Program-made: the position numbers and the translations under genes
The notes under the pieces: generated by a model
Told to the model about the DNA's origin: nothing
The model's database searches: none
Seen by the model: the letters and a program-made list of their open reading frames with translations, nothing else
Part shown: one piece after another, positions 45,856 through 55,527 of the stretch
Layout: each line of letters opens with the position of its first letter
Position numbering within the stretch: position 1 is the first letter of the stretch
Source of the DNA: a virus
Direction: 5' to 3' (one strand)
IMG/VR virus record: IMGVR_UViG_3300047095_000811
Location: 1-64,000 of that record
DNA length: 64,000 bases

Positions 45856-46326
45856 ATGGAACTCCAGATTGCAAAGATAGCGTTCGTCCTGCTGCAGTTT
45901 ACGAACATCGTGATCTCCAGCATGCTGATCATATCTGGCATCATTCTCTTCTCATACATCAAAAGAGTGATTCACCACGTCGATGTGTACATCCACACGA
46001 TGATCGTGCTTCACATTCTAGCGAGTGTCTTGATTCTGAGTTATTACGAGCTCAAGAGTCTCGACACTTTCAACATCTTGAACCAGTTTCTCATTCAGCT
46101 AACGATCTTGACGCTAGTCGTGATCAACGGCATGTTCCAGATCGGGATCTATCGGTTCTTCCACAATGCCACATGTAAGGTGTGCGTGATTAACGACTTC
46201 TTGAAGTTCTTGAGGAGTCTCCAAGTTGATGAGAGTGGTGCCGACACCACCGGATGCAACAGCTGCTCCGCTCAAGAGCGAGTAGCAGTCTTCAGAAGGA
46301 TGAATACAGATGCTGAACACGAATAG
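45856..46326 (+). CDS. three-TM membrane protein with two CxxC motifs (holin candidate)
   Basis: three hydrophobic segments, then CKVC...CNSC; late promoter. Confidence 0.65.
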   Translation: MELQIAKIAFVLLQFTNIVISSMLIISGIILFSYIKRVIHHVDVYIHTMIVLHILASVLILSYYELKSLDTFNILNQFLIQLTILTLVVINGMFQIGIYRFFHNATCKVCVINDFLKFLRSLQVDESGADTTGCNSCSAQERVAVFRRMNTDAEHE

Positions 46327-46846
46327 AGGGTTCATCACCCCTGACGGAAGATACTACGAGGCTCCCTTCCCACTCTCTCCCGACCATCGAGAGGCAGTTG
46401 CAAGAAACACTCCAGAGCCTTCGTGTCCTCCGCACGGTGACGTTGCTCCCTCGCAACACTCCGAACAAAGGACCAGCCGAATGGACGGGAACCATCAATA
46501 CCCTCAGCCAGCGCCACAGCAACAGCCTCAACCGTACACGCCTCCTCCCCAGCAGATACCGGGGGTGAACGCGCCGTACACCATCAACCAAGACTCTCAG
46601 TTCAACTTCAAGCTCAAGGATGTCCTAATCATCGCTGGAGCAATTGCAAGTGCTGCAGTTTCCTGGAACAATGCTGACGGGCGTCTCTCTCGGCTTGAAG
46701 AACGAGTCTCCACCGACATCGTCAAGAAGATCGAATCGATCGAGCGCAAGCAGGATGAGAACATCAAAGCCCAAGCAGATTCGATCAAAGCGTTGTCTTC
46801 GCAGATCGCAGATCTCGAACGCGCCATTGCATCAGGTCGTAAATGA
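46310..46846 (+). CDS. single-TM protein with Pro/Gln-rich N-terminus and coiled coil
   Basis: VLIIAGAIASAAVSW TM segment, heptad tail; overlaps the upstream gene. Confidence 0.7.
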   Translation: MLNTNRGFITPDGRYYEAPFPLSPDHREAVARNTPEPSCPPHGDVAPSQHSEQRTSRMDGNHQYPQPAPQQQPQPYTPPPQQIPGVNAPYTINQDSQFNFKLKDVLIIAGAIASAAVSWNNADGRLSRLEERVSTDIVKKIESIERKQDENIKAQADSIKALSSQIADLERAIASGRK

Positions 46847-46862
46847 CCAAGAAAAAAGAAAG

Positions 46863-46890
46863 AGCCATAGACCCGAGAGGGCCTATGGCT
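46863..46890. terminator. bidirectional terminator
   Basis: AGCCATAGACCC-GAGA-GGGCCTATGGCT between convergent genes. Confidence 0.75.
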
Positions 46891-46895
46891 TCTTC

Positions 46896-47654
46896 TTAGT
46901 TCCAAGCCAGCTGGAACTTCTTGAATTCAGAGTGGTCGTAAAGCTTGTCGCAGAGCATGTTGGAGGCGGAATCGAGGATCATGTCGTTGTCAAACCAAAC
47001 GATGTTCGCGCCGTGTTTCTCGGTCAGCTCGGCGGCGTCTGGGAGCTCCACGTTGTAGCGGTATCGCGGGATCAGGAATTCCTTGTCCTTTGAGTCGGTG
47101 TTGACGATGACATCGCGGATGTTGGCGACGTGGTCGTCCACGAACGAGCTGTACTTGATTTCTCGCTCGTTGATGGCGTGGGACTTGGTCTCGCCGCTCT
47201 CGGTGAAGACGTAGTGGATCGGGACTTCCAGCTTCAGCTCGCCGAAGACGCGTTCGAGGAACCGGACCTTGCTTCCGGTCACGGGGTACTTGAGGTCGAT
47301 GCAGCTCGTGACGATCCAGATGCTGTCGATGACGCCCATGCGCACCATCTGCTTAAGCGCGATGGTGTACGCGCTCGGGTTGAGGTCGTCGTAGAACTTC
47401 GAGTCCATGAAGTACTTGTCCAGCATCTTCTTCTTCAGTCCGGCGTCGAGCCAGTCGCCCGACTTGAAGTGGGACGAGATGTCAAAGTCCTCCCGATTCA
47501 TGGGATGGGAGGAGATCGCATATCGCACTGATTCTTCCGGGATTTGCTTCAGCAAGGCGTCGTCGGAGAGGATGTGTTGGATCCACTTCCCTGCTGTGTT
47601 GACGAGCACGTCGTCGCAGTCGGTGGCGATGACAAATTTTGGGGCTTGGATCAT
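46896..47654 (-). CDS. HAD-superfamily 5'(3')-deoxyribonucleotidase-like phosphatase
   Basis: IATDCDDVL (motif I), IVTS, K and FVDD (motif IV). Confidence 0.8.
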   Translation of the reverse strand: MIQAPKFVIATDCDDVLVNTAGKWIQHILSDDALLKQIPEESVRYAISSHPMNREDFDISSHFKSGDWLDAGLKKKMLDKYFMDSKFYDDLNPSAYTIALKQMVRMGVIDSIWIVTSCIDLKYPVTGSKVRFLERVFGELKLEVPIHYVFTESGETKSHAINEREIKYSSFVDDHVANIRDVIVNTDSKDKEFLIPRYRYNVELPDAAELTEKHGANIVWFDNDMILDSASNMLCDKLYDHSEFKKFQLAWN

Positions 47655-47726
47655 TTTGTGTCCTTTAAAGAAAAAAGAGAGACCGGTCATCCCGGTCTCT
47701 CTCATTATTCTGACTTCAGGTCAGGA

Positions 47727-48458
47727 TCAGTCAGCGAACTCGTCGTCCAGCTTGGCTTTCTTCTTCGGCGGAGTCTTCTTGCTACCGCTGTCGTCGTCGC
47801 CGGAATCGCTGTCGCTATCGCCGCCATCTTCTTCCTCGACGCTGCGACGGCTACCGCCGCGACGAGCACCGCCACCGGAAGCAGGGCTACCACCGGCGCG
47901 TTTCGCACCGTGGTAGGCGACGTTGAAGGAGTTGTTGATCAGCTGAGAGCAGAACTCCAGCAGCAGCAGCATGTCGATGTCGAGGGTCTCTGCGCTTTCC
48001 TCGTTGTCGGTGGTCTTGTAGTTCACGTCGCCGTGCTGCATGACGTGGTACATCTTTTCTTCCTCGTCGTCCTTCTTGGTGGTCAGACGCAGGATGTAGT
48101 TGTCGTAGTGCTTGCCGGACAGCTTCAGCGTGTTCGGCTTGAAGATGGCGATGGTGCGGGAGTTCTTACCGCCGCCGAAGGTGATGGTTGCCATCTTCAG
48201 TTCTTCGTTTTCCATCAGGTTGGTGATGGCGGAACGGAGCTGGATGGCACCTTGGGCGTCCATCGCGAAGTTCAGCTTCGAGTCATAGTCGAAGACGTTG
48301 TCCCCCTTCTTCGGCTCCTTGCCGACGAATTCGTCGAAGATCGGAGCCAGCGAGATCATGCCGCGACCTTCGACCCAGACGAAGCTCATCGCGGTGAAGT
48401 GACGCTCATAGGAGCTCAGGTCGGCATTGGTGAAGGTGGATTTGCGTTGCTCAGCCAT
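47727..48458 (-). CDS. putative single-stranded DNA-binding protein
   Basis: Gly-rich linker and acidic tail ending DDEFAD; strong codon bias; replication context. Confidence 0.55.
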   Translation of the reverse strand: MAEQRKSTFTNADLSSYERHFTAMSFVWVEGRGMISLAPIFDEFVGKEPKKGDNVFDYDSKLNFAMDAQGAIQLRSAITNLMENEELKMATITFGGGKNSRTIAIFKPNTLKLSGKHYDNYILRLTTKKDDEEEKMYHVMQHGDVNYKTTDNEESAETLDIDMLLLLEFCSQLINNSFNVAYHGAKRAGGSPASGGGARRGGSRRSVEEEDGGDSDSDSGDDDSGSKKTPPKKKAKLDDEFAD

Positions 48459-48462
48459 GGTT

Positions 48463-49191
48463 TTAGCCTTTCTTGGTGGTGTACTTGTGGAGATCGAAGA
48501 GATGGAATTGATAGCAGACATCGTACTCTGCGTTTCCGTAGTGTACGTACAGCCGATTTCCTCCGCTGTGGAGCATAAGAAACTCGGTTGTGTCTTTCTT
48601 CTTCGTCTTGAGTTTGACGAAGTTGTTGAGGCAGATCAGAGTCTTATTCCGGAGACTCAACCCCAATTTGCTGTTGAAGAGATGCACCTCGTCGCCCTTG
48701 ATCTCAAGGAAGACGAACTCGTTCTGGACGAGCGACTTCTTGTGGTCGAGGATGTCGATGATGTCGCCGATCAGGATCTTCTCCTCCTTCAGCATTTCGC
48801 CTTCGTACCACAGCGACATGGTAGAGCAGTCGTGCTCCTCCAGCTGCGAGATCGGAACGTCGGTGAGTCTCTGAGGGGGGAAACTGTCGGTGTAAGACAC
48901 CGGAAAGCTATGGCCTGCAAGGGTGATGTCCTTGGAGGAAATCATGCTCTCCTTTTCTTCTTTGCCCTTCTTGTGCTCTGCAATGAATGCGTAGAGCTCC
49001 TTCCCGTTGGGGATCGACAAGAATCTCTTCCCGGAAGGATTATCGATTTTGAACCCTTTGGGTTCGATGTAGACGTCTGACTGCTCGTCCGCGCCAATGA
49101 AATGGCCGTCCTTGAAGTCATACCAGTACGGGTCGTTCTTGAGCCACTGATTTACGTCGTACAGCCTCTTGTAGTCTAATGGATGCGCCAT
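48463..49191 (-). CDS. hypothetical protein
   Basis: ATG 49191 with GAGGA RBS. Confidence 0.7.
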   Translation of the reverse strand: MAHPLDYKRLYDVNQWLKNDPYWYDFKDGHFIGADEQSDVYIEPKGFKIDNPSGKRFLSIPNGKELYAFIAEHKKGKEEKESMISSKDITLAGHSFPVSYTDSFPPQRLTDVPISQLEEHDCSTMSLWYEGEMLKEEKILIGDIIDILDHKKSLVQNEFVFLEIKGDEVHLFNSKLGLSLRNKTLICLNNFVKLKTKKKDTTEFLMLHSGGNRLYVHYGNAEYDVCYQFHLFDLHKYTTKKG

Positions 49192-49211
49192 CGAATGGTC
49201 CCTCAACGCTA

Positions 49212-49255
49212 GTAAATTTGTGTTGTCACGTATCACTAGCACGGAAATGATATAT
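49212..49255 (-). promoter_or_regulatory. tandem early (49240-49255) and late-type (49212-49224) promoters
   Basis: ATATAT-CAT-TTCC-GTG followed by AACA-CAAATT-TAC. Confidence 0.7.
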
Positions 49256-49275
49256 CGATGAACCTGCCTTTGGGG

Positions 49276-49833
49276 TTAGTCGTCGTCCGATTCGTCAGAA
49301 GGCTCGACACCCATGAGCTCGGAGAAGATCTTCCTTGCGTCTTCTTTTGCCTTCTCGTGGACCAGACGTTCCAGCTCCCACTCAAGGTGGTTGCGGTAAG
49401 AGGAGACAATCTTGTCTTTCGACTTCTGAGTCAGCTTGAGATCCTGCATCCGGTCGGAGAAGTGCTCCAAGAAGAACTGTTTTGCCGTTGCCTCCATCTT
49501 GTCTTGGAAGAAGCGGTACATCGCAGTCTTGTTGAAGTCGTGGCTCTTGGGTTGGAGCCCGGAGTGCCAGCTGTCTTCGAACCCGATGAAGCCGAGGATC
49601 ATCGACTTCATGTGTTCTTCGAAGAAGTTCTCTACGTAAACCTTGACGCTGTTTTCATTGAAGAGTTTGTCAAACTCCTCCTTGGCAACAGGCTGAGCCT
49701 CCGCCAGACCTTTCTTAGCTGCCGCCGAGATTAGCCCTTTTCGTTGCATGGCTTCTCGCAGCTGGACTACTACATCAGGGGGAAGCATCCCGCCTGCGAT
49801 TTTCTTTAACTCGGTGTCGTTTTCGAGCGCCAT
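49276..49833 (-). CDS. hypothetical protein
   Basis: coupled ORF. Confidence 0.7.
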   Translation of the reverse strand: MALENDTELKKIAGGMLPPDVVVQLREAMQRKGLISAAAKKGLAEAQPVAKEEFDKLFNENSVKVYVENFFEEHMKSMILGFIGFEDSWHSGLQPKSHDFNKTAMYRFFQDKMEATAKQFFLEHFSDRMQDLKLTQKSKDKIVSSYRNHLEWELERLVHEKAKEDARKIFSELMGVEPSDESDDD

Positions 49834-50147
49834 CAGTTACTCCACTTGACCCCTTCGGTCATTGCTTCTTTGATGAATTTCAGCATCAAAGCTTTGTCAG
49901 ACTCGCGGTGAATGAAGGGAACGTCGGAGATTCCGATACTCCCGTTCTTGGTTCCAGACTGGTAGCTCTTCACGACCCGGTATGGAACCCCGGAGGTCTT
50001 GTCGAACTCGAAGTAGGTGTCGAGTTCTATCGTTCCGTCCTGAAAGATTCGGAACTTGTAGAAGTGCTTCTCTTTGGCGTCTTCTTTCGGAGTGACGAGG
50101 ACAATTGCTGCGTCATACTTGTTCTTGGGGTTTTCAAAAGTGAACAT
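49833..50147 (-). CDS. hypothetical protein
   Basis: GGAG RBS. Confidence 0.7.
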   Translation of the reverse strand: MFTFENPKNKYDAAIVLVTPKEDAKEKHFYKFRIFQDGTIELDTYFEFDKTSGVPYRVVKSYQSGTKNGSIGISDVPFIHRESDKALMLKFIKEAMTEGVKWSN

Positions 50148-50189
50148 TCGATTCTCCGGCTGAAGAGGGCGGGTTTCCCCACCCTGCTG

Positions 50190-51896
50190 TCAAGTTACAT
50201 AGTGCTCAAGGTCCGAGAGGATGTCGGAGACGTTGGGCAAGCCAAGAAGCTCTTTCCCGATCTTCACCGGGTCGGCTTCGGCCAGCATCGTCGGGATCTC
50301 GTCGTCCAGCTCCGGTCTCTCCTTGCACATGATCTTCCCGATCATGGTGTCTGCGTCGATGTTGAACGCCAAGATGATGGACGGATACAGGGACGCCAAG
50401 TCTTCGTCGATGACGTTCTCGTAAACTTTCGTGGATCTCTGCCCGTTGAGTTTGATCCCGACCGGGACCATCTTGCTCGGAAGGGCTACGAAAGCTCCAC
50501 GGAATTTCTTCTTTTCTCCGTGGTCCTTCTGCTTGTTGTGGTTGTTGGAGAGGATGTACCCTTCTTTCTCCAACAGCATGGCTGCGAAGTTCCGGATCGA
50601 CGTGGTCTTCGTCATCACCTTGGAGAAGCGAGTGGCGGTCATCAGCCCCATGTTGTACAGGAGGTCGATGTCCTTGTTCTTCTCCTCCAGCTGGTACAGG
50701 CGGAAGGAGTCGTAGAGCGAGTACTTCAGGAACCCCTCGAAGTCGATGTACATGGCATCTTGGATGTCTCCCTCGTACTCGAACTTGCTCTCGCCAATCT
50801 CCTCGAACAGGATCGCGTCAAGAGCATAGGACTCCCGCTTGCCCATCGTAGCCCGGATCGAGGCGAAGTTCTCCAGAAGACAGATGAATTGCGTGTACCC
50901 GGTGACGTCGAACACCGACTTGCGCTTCGACCAGTCCGTATTGAAGGTATCCGGGCGAATGTCCACCTGACGGTAAGGAAAGTCTTGATGACACATGATC
51001 CGAGTAACGTTCTCCTTTTCCTTCAGGAGACGGTTCATGAGCGTCGGCATATCGAACGAGGCGTTCCACGCACCGCAGAAGTCCGGCTTGTCTCGCTTCA
51101 CCAGCGCGAAGAACTTGGCGATCAGGGTCGCCTCGTCGTCGTAGATGTGGAAGCGGATGTCTTTCAGCTTCTTGTAGTTTGCTTTCCCGTTGTTCGTGTT
51201 GAACTCTTCGAGAAGTATCTGGACGTACTCTTCCTTGTGCTCTTCGAACGCTTCTAGGAACTCCGTCTGGCTATGGTTATTCGGGTTGCGGAGGATGAAC
51301 GAGTGCAGCGTCATCGTCGGCTCGTACATGTACGAGATCAGAGACACTGCGCATGGCGCAGCTTCTGGCTCCGGGAAGCCTTCGAATCCGTAGATGTCCA
51401 CCTCGATGTCAAAGAAAGCTTTGGCCAGAGGTATGTGCATCATCTGGCTTTTGTTCTTGTCTAGCCACTCCCGGATCTTGTAGTCTGCGAGGTGGATGTC
51501 TGTCAGATGAAGGTCGATGTCCTTCTCAAGCGTCCAGAGTTCTCTGTACTTGCCGTTCGAGACGCAGTCCTTGAAGAACTTCATCTGGTTGGAGACTTCA
51601 GCCATCTTGCGGTAGATGTCCTCGTAACGGACCGTGTACGCCTTGCAATCCTCCTTCTTGACGTAGTTGACCTCGCTACGGTCTTTCTTCTCTTGAGGCG
51701 TCTCACCTTGATGGAGGTGGTGAGTGCTGTAGAAGGTGTACTCCGGGTTTTCCTCGACAACAACCTCCTTGCGAATCGTGCCGTCGTCCATCGCGTGATT
51801 CTCGACGTACATGATCTTCGGAATGCTACGGTAGCCCCGGTCGTTCTCCGCCCGTAGGTAGATCACGTTGGACAGTGCTTTTCCTATTGTCTTCAT
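50190..51896 (-). CDS. polB: family B DNA polymerase, N-terminal part (3'-5' exonuclease + motif A)
   Basis: FFDIEVD (ExoI), AWNASFD (ExoII), YSLYD (ExoIII), FRGAFV and DLASLYPS (motif A); ends before motif B. Confidence 0.92.
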   Translation of the reverse strand: MKTIGKALSNVIYLRAENDRGYRSIPKIMYVENHAMDDGTIRKEVVVEENPEYTFYSTHHLHQGETPQEKKDRSEVNYVKKEDCKAYTVRYEDIYRKMAEVSNQMKFFKDCVSNGKYRELWTLEKDIDLHLTDIHLADYKIREWLDKNKSQMMHIPLAKAFFDIEVDIYGFEGFPEPEAAPCAVSLISYMYEPTMTLHSFILRNPNNHSQTEFLEAFEEHKEEYVQILLEEFNTNNGKANYKKLKDIRFHIYDDEATLIAKFFALVKRDKPDFCGAWNASFDMPTLMNRLLKEKENVTRIMCHQDFPYRQVDIRPDTFNTDWSKRKSVFDVTGYTQFICLLENFASIRATMGKRESYALDAILFEEIGESKFEYEGDIQDAMYIDFEGFLKYSLYDSFRLYQLEEKNKDIDLLYNMGLMTATRFSKVMTKTTSIRNFAAMLLEKEGYILSNNHNKQKDHGEKKKFRGAFVALPSKMVPVGIKLNGQRSTKVYENVIDEDLASLYPSIILAFNIDADTMIGKIMCKERPELDDEIPTMLAEADPVKIGKELLGLPNVSDILSDLEHYVT

Positions 51897-51902
51897 TTTT
51901 CC

Positions 51903-52586
51903 TCACTTAAACATCATGGAGTATTTCTCCAGTTGGTCTTTCATCTCGGCTTCCTGATCTGGCTTCAGATCGCAAGAGCCGCTCGGGGCGACGATCTTGT
52001 TCACTCTCGAATCTGCCGAGAAGCCTATTGTTTGCTGTATCTTTACCCCACTTCCGATCATCTTCTCAGCAATGGCACCGGTTTTCCCGGCGAAGTTGAC
52101 TGGCACGAGAACTCGCATCTTCGGGTTAGTGACCGGCCTCTCGATTGAGATGTGATCGGTGACAATGCGCTCCAGAACTCCTTTTCGTATCACAGGAAAA
52201 GCAAGGAGCATTATCCAGCATCCGTAGTAGACGAGCTTGTAGTGCTTCTCGTCCACTCGGTACAGAATCGTAGTCTCTTCTTCTTCGCACCTGGCTTCGT
52301 GGAAGGATACGGTCAGGTTCGCGTTTTCGACAAAGAAGGACGGGTCCACAACGAGCTCGTCTTTGTACTCGTCGAGCTCGTTCATTCTGACAAACTTCCC
52401 ATTTCTCGAAATCCCCAACGTGCCGTCTTCCATGACGACCATCGTGTTGTCTGGGAGAGAGTCCTGAGACAGTTTCCCTCGAATGACGCTACTGGAGCAA
52501 GATGCGTCTATGGACATCAGGTTCGCGTTGGAGAGACCGACGCTGAGAGACTGGTTTGAGAGGATTGGCGGTGTTAGAGTACTCAT
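51903..52586 (-). CDS. hypothetical protein
   Basis: overlap-coupled ORF. Confidence 0.65.
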   Translation of the reverse strand: MSTLTPPILSNQSLSVGLSNANLMSIDASCSSSVIRGKLSQDSLPDNTMVVMEDGTLGISRNGKFVRMNELDEYKDELVVDPSFFVENANLTVSFHEARCEEEETTILYRVDEKHYKLVYYGCWIMLLAFPVIRKGVLERIVTDHISIERPVTNPKMRVLVPVNFAGKTGAIAEKMIGSGVKIQQTIGFSADSRVNKIVAPSGSCDLKPDQEAEMKDQLEKYSMMFK

Positions 52587-53395
52587 AAGAGAAGAATCAT
52601 CTTTCGCTTTTCATCATCGCTGACGAACTTGTTGTTGGAGTAAGCTTGCTTGAGCTTCTCGATGGCCTCCTGTGCGACGTTGCCAGTTTTTGACCTGTGA
52701 TACATGAACCTACGGCTTGCTGGCTGAGTCGAAGTCTTGACACTGACGAAGTGCTCGTAGATCCCGAAGAATTCTTCTGCGTCGAGGATCATGTACTGCA
52801 TGCACTTCAGGAGGGCATCGCTAGAGCTAAGTTGGCACTTCTCCAGAAGGTTCATCTCCAGAATCTTCTCGAAGACCTCGGTGTTCCGCTTTGCCTCTTT
52901 CCGGTCGGCGGTCTTGAACGCCAGAAAGAATCCCCGAATCGGGTTGGAGTCGAATGACCCTTCGTTCGGCTCCGGGTATTTGAACACGAGCTCTATTAAC
53001 CCTGCGTCGTAGATGAGCGCCGGACTGCCGATGGCGTCAACGATTCCACGTACAAAGCATCGTCTGTGGCTCATGTTTGGTAGCGTTTCTGACACTTCAT
53101 CGAACTCGCTCGTGTCAGATTCCGATATCAGCTTTGGGATCAGCACGTCTCGAACCTCTTTCAACGCAGCAGCTCTTGCGCTTGAGAAGTGGAACCCCTC
53201 TTTATTCTTACTCCAATCATAAATGCCAAGTCGCTTGGTTTCGCGATCAGCATACGACAGTGTGGTTTCTCTCACCTTCGGGGCCTTCTTGGTGCGCCCA
53301 GCGTGGTACTTCTCCAAAGACGTCATCTCGTTGGCAAAAGTGTGTCGATCGACGAGACGCTCAATGGTCTCCTTGGTTCTTGCGGATAGGCTCAT
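52583..53395 (-). CDS. hypothetical protein
   Basis: ATG 53395 with GAGGA RBS. Confidence 0.7.
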   Translation of the reverse strand: MSLSARTKETIERLVDRHTFANEMTSLEKYHAGRTKKAPKVRETTLSYADRETKRLGIYDWSKNKEGFHFSSARAAALKEVRDVLIPKLISESDTSEFDEVSETLPNMSHRRCFVRGIVDAIGSPALIYDAGLIELVFKYPEPNEGSFDSNPIRGFFLAFKTADRKEAKRNTEVFEKILEMNLLEKCQLSSSDALLKCMQYMILDAEEFFGIYEHFVSVKTSTQPASRRFMYHRSKTGNVAQEAIEKLKQAYSNNKFVSDDEKRKMILLL

Positions 53396-53414
53396 TTGCG
53401 TTTCCTCTGGTTTC

Positions 53415-53432
53415 AACAGACCAATAATATAT
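53415..53432. promoter_or_regulatory. overlapping divergent promoters: late-type plus (53415-53427) and early-type minus (53417-53432)
   Basis: AACA-GACCAA-TAA overlaps ATATAT-TAT-TGGT-CTG. Confidence 0.65.
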
Positions 53433-53466
53433 TTTCAAAATCCGTTATAGGATTGAAAGGGCTCAC

Positions 53467-54264
53467 ATGAGTAGCACGGACGTAGTTAGATCCGACGAGC
53501 CAGTAAACGATCCGACCGAAATCACCCTGCGCGACATCCTCCAGCGAAACCAATTCAAGGAGAACGACGGCCTTCTCGACAGTGAAATCACTGAGCTTGA
53601 GAGTCTGTACTCGATGTCGAAGCAGATCCTCATGGACGAGGCTAACGGCGGCGCAAGCAGCAGTGCGCCAAAGAGGCTCGGCACGATCGACGCTGGTAAG
53701 AAGAAGAACTTCATGTTCATCGCAAACCAGACCGCTAACCTCATCAGCATCCGTAAGCTGAAGATGGAGCTGGTCCGGCAGAAGGCTGACCTGAAGCGAG
53801 ACGAGTTGGACCGCTCCATAAAGGCGCTAGTTCAGATCGCCAAAGAGGCGAAGTCTGGAGACGACGAGGGAAATCCGAAGCGCGTTCTCGACTTCCTCAT
53901 CAACAACCTCAACATCAACATTCCGATCGGACCTTCTCCAGTGCTCCGCAACGAGGCGGATGTGGATGCTCTTCTGGAGAGAGCCTTGGAGGACGCCGGT
54001 TTCGGATCCCCCAAAGAGAAGGTGGTCGATGCCGAGATCTTGGAGACGATCGAGACCGCCGGGGGAGACTCTCAGTACGTGCGGGAGTACAACGGCACCG
54101 ACGACATTCTGGTGTACAACCCGGATGGCGAGAAGGTGTACGTCGTCACCAAGGACTACGAGATCGTCCGAGAGCTGGCCGAAGACGAGTACGACGCCGA
54201 GATCCTCGACGACGGCACATTCGTAGACACTTTGACCAACACCATCATCGAAATACTGGAGTAA
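53467..54264 (+). CDS. hypothetical late protein (coiled coil)
   Basis: 265-aa ORF heading the capsid block. Confidence 0.75.
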   Translation: MSSTDVVRSDEPVNDPTEITLRDILQRNQFKENDGLLDSEITELESLYSMSKQILMDEANGGASSSAPKRLGTIDAGKKKNFMFIANQTANLISIRKLKMELVRQKADLKRDELDRSIKALVQIAKEAKSGDDEGNPKRVLDFLINNLNINIPIGPSPVLRNEADVDALLERALEDAGFGSPKEKVVDAEILETIETAGGDSQYVREYNGTDDILVYNPDGEKVYVVTKDYEIVRELAEDEYDAEILDDGTFVDTLTNTIIEILE

Positions 54265-54267
54265 AAG

Positions 54268-54777
54268 ATGGCAAACGAAGAAATGAGAACTGGCGTTGGC
54301 GGCAAGTCCGTCATCACGCACTACGAACAAGGGCCGGAAGGCGGCTTTGCCAAGAAGCGGTACTACTGCTCCTCCGGCAAGCCGACCATCGGCTGGGGTC
54401 ACGTCATCCTCCCGGAAGAGAAAGCAGAGCTCTGGGACGCCACGATCGACGCAGCCAAGGCAGACTCGATCCTCGCCAAGGACCTCGTCAAATACGAGTC
54501 CTCGGTCAAGAAGCTGGTGAAGGTCAAGCTGACTCAGAACCAGTTCGACGCGCTGGTGAGCTTCTGCCTGAACGCAGGCGAAGGTTCTCTCGCTGCATCG
54601 ACCCTACTGAAGAAGGTTAACGCCGGTCTGCATGCGGAAGTCCCTGCTGAATTCCTCAAGTGGAAGTACGGCACCGACCCGAAGACCAAGCAGAAGATTG
54701 AGCTCAAGGGTCTCCTGTACCGCCGCCAGACCGAAGCCCTTCTGTACGACAAGGGTGAAGTGAAATTCTTCAACTAA
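54268..54777 (+). CDS. GH24 phage lysozyme (endolysin)
   Basis: E...YYCSSGKPTIGWGH, LTQNQFDALVSF..NAG, STLLKK and GLLYRRQTE motifs. Confidence 0.93.
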   Translation: MANEEMRTGVGGKSVITHYEQGPEGGFAKKRYYCSSGKPTIGWGHVILPEEKAELWDATIDAAKADSILAKDLVKYESSVKKLVKVKLTQNQFDALVSFCLNAGEGSLAASTLLKKVNAGLHAEVPAEFLKWKYGTDPKTKQKIELKGLLYRRQTEALLYDKGEVKFFN

Positions 54778-54786
54778 GGACACGGC

Positions 54787-55434
54787 ATGGCAAACCCTCT
54801 CTTTCTAGACGAGTCTGCCCTGTACCAGTTCTTCCTCAGTGAAGACGCGGTATTGATGGAAGCAGACGACGAAGACACCGAGGATCCGCAGGGATCCGAC
54901 AAAGAAAAAGACGCTCCGGACGCCGGAGCAGACGGTAAAGACACCGAGGCAGACGCGAGCGATGCTTCTGAGACCGACGATGCTCCCGCTGAGAGCGACG
55001 ACGAGTCCGAAGAATCTAGCGACGACTCCTCTGACGACGAGAGCGAACCCCCGGCTCCTAAGAAGAAGCCCTCTCGGTTTGCAATCAAGGTAGACGATAC
55101 GCCGCAGAATAGAGCGTTCATGTTCGAGAAGTTTGAAGCTCTCAACACGATGCACCAGAATCTGCGCCAGTTCATCGAGAACATCAGAGATCGGGCGAAC
55201 CTCTCTCCGGCGCAAGAAAAGATCTTCAGCCAGCTGGAGGTCAAGATCGGCTCGAACATCGACCTCCTGAAGGAAATGGTCGATGGTGAGATGCTTCTTG
55301 AGATGGAAATGTCCGACATCTTCGGCCTGTATAAAATTTACTTCAACGACGCTAGCAGCGTCAACAAAGTGATCAGGTCAATCATGAACACTGGACAAAA
55401 GGACGGTAAGAAGCGCCAGCCCAAACGTGGCTGA
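54787..55434 (+). CDS. acidic head-assembly/scaffold-like protein
   Basis: D/E-rich N-terminal tract with LxE motifs; immediately upstream of the capsid gene. Confidence 0.6.
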   Translation: MANPLFLDESALYQFFLSEDAVLMEADDEDTEDPQGSDKEKDAPDAGADGKDTEADASDASETDDAPAESDDESEESSDDSSDDESEPPAPKKKPSRFAIKVDDTPQNRAFMFEKFEALNTMHQNLRQFIENIRDRANLSPAQEKIFSQLEVKIGSNIDLLKEMVDGEMLLEMEMSDIFGLYKIYFNDASSVNKVIRSIMNTGQKDGKKRQPKRG

Positions 55435-55452
55435 AACCTACTGTCATGAAGT

Positions 55453-55465
55453 AACATCCGATTAG
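55453..55465 (+). promoter_or_regulatory. late-type promoter AACA-TCCGAT-TAG
   Basis: exact motif followed by a 5' hairpin. Confidence 0.8.
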
Positions 55466-55527
55466 AGAGCTCCCTTCGGAGGGGAGCTAAAGTCAATCAT
55501 TCGACTCTTTTCAAAGGAACCATAACT

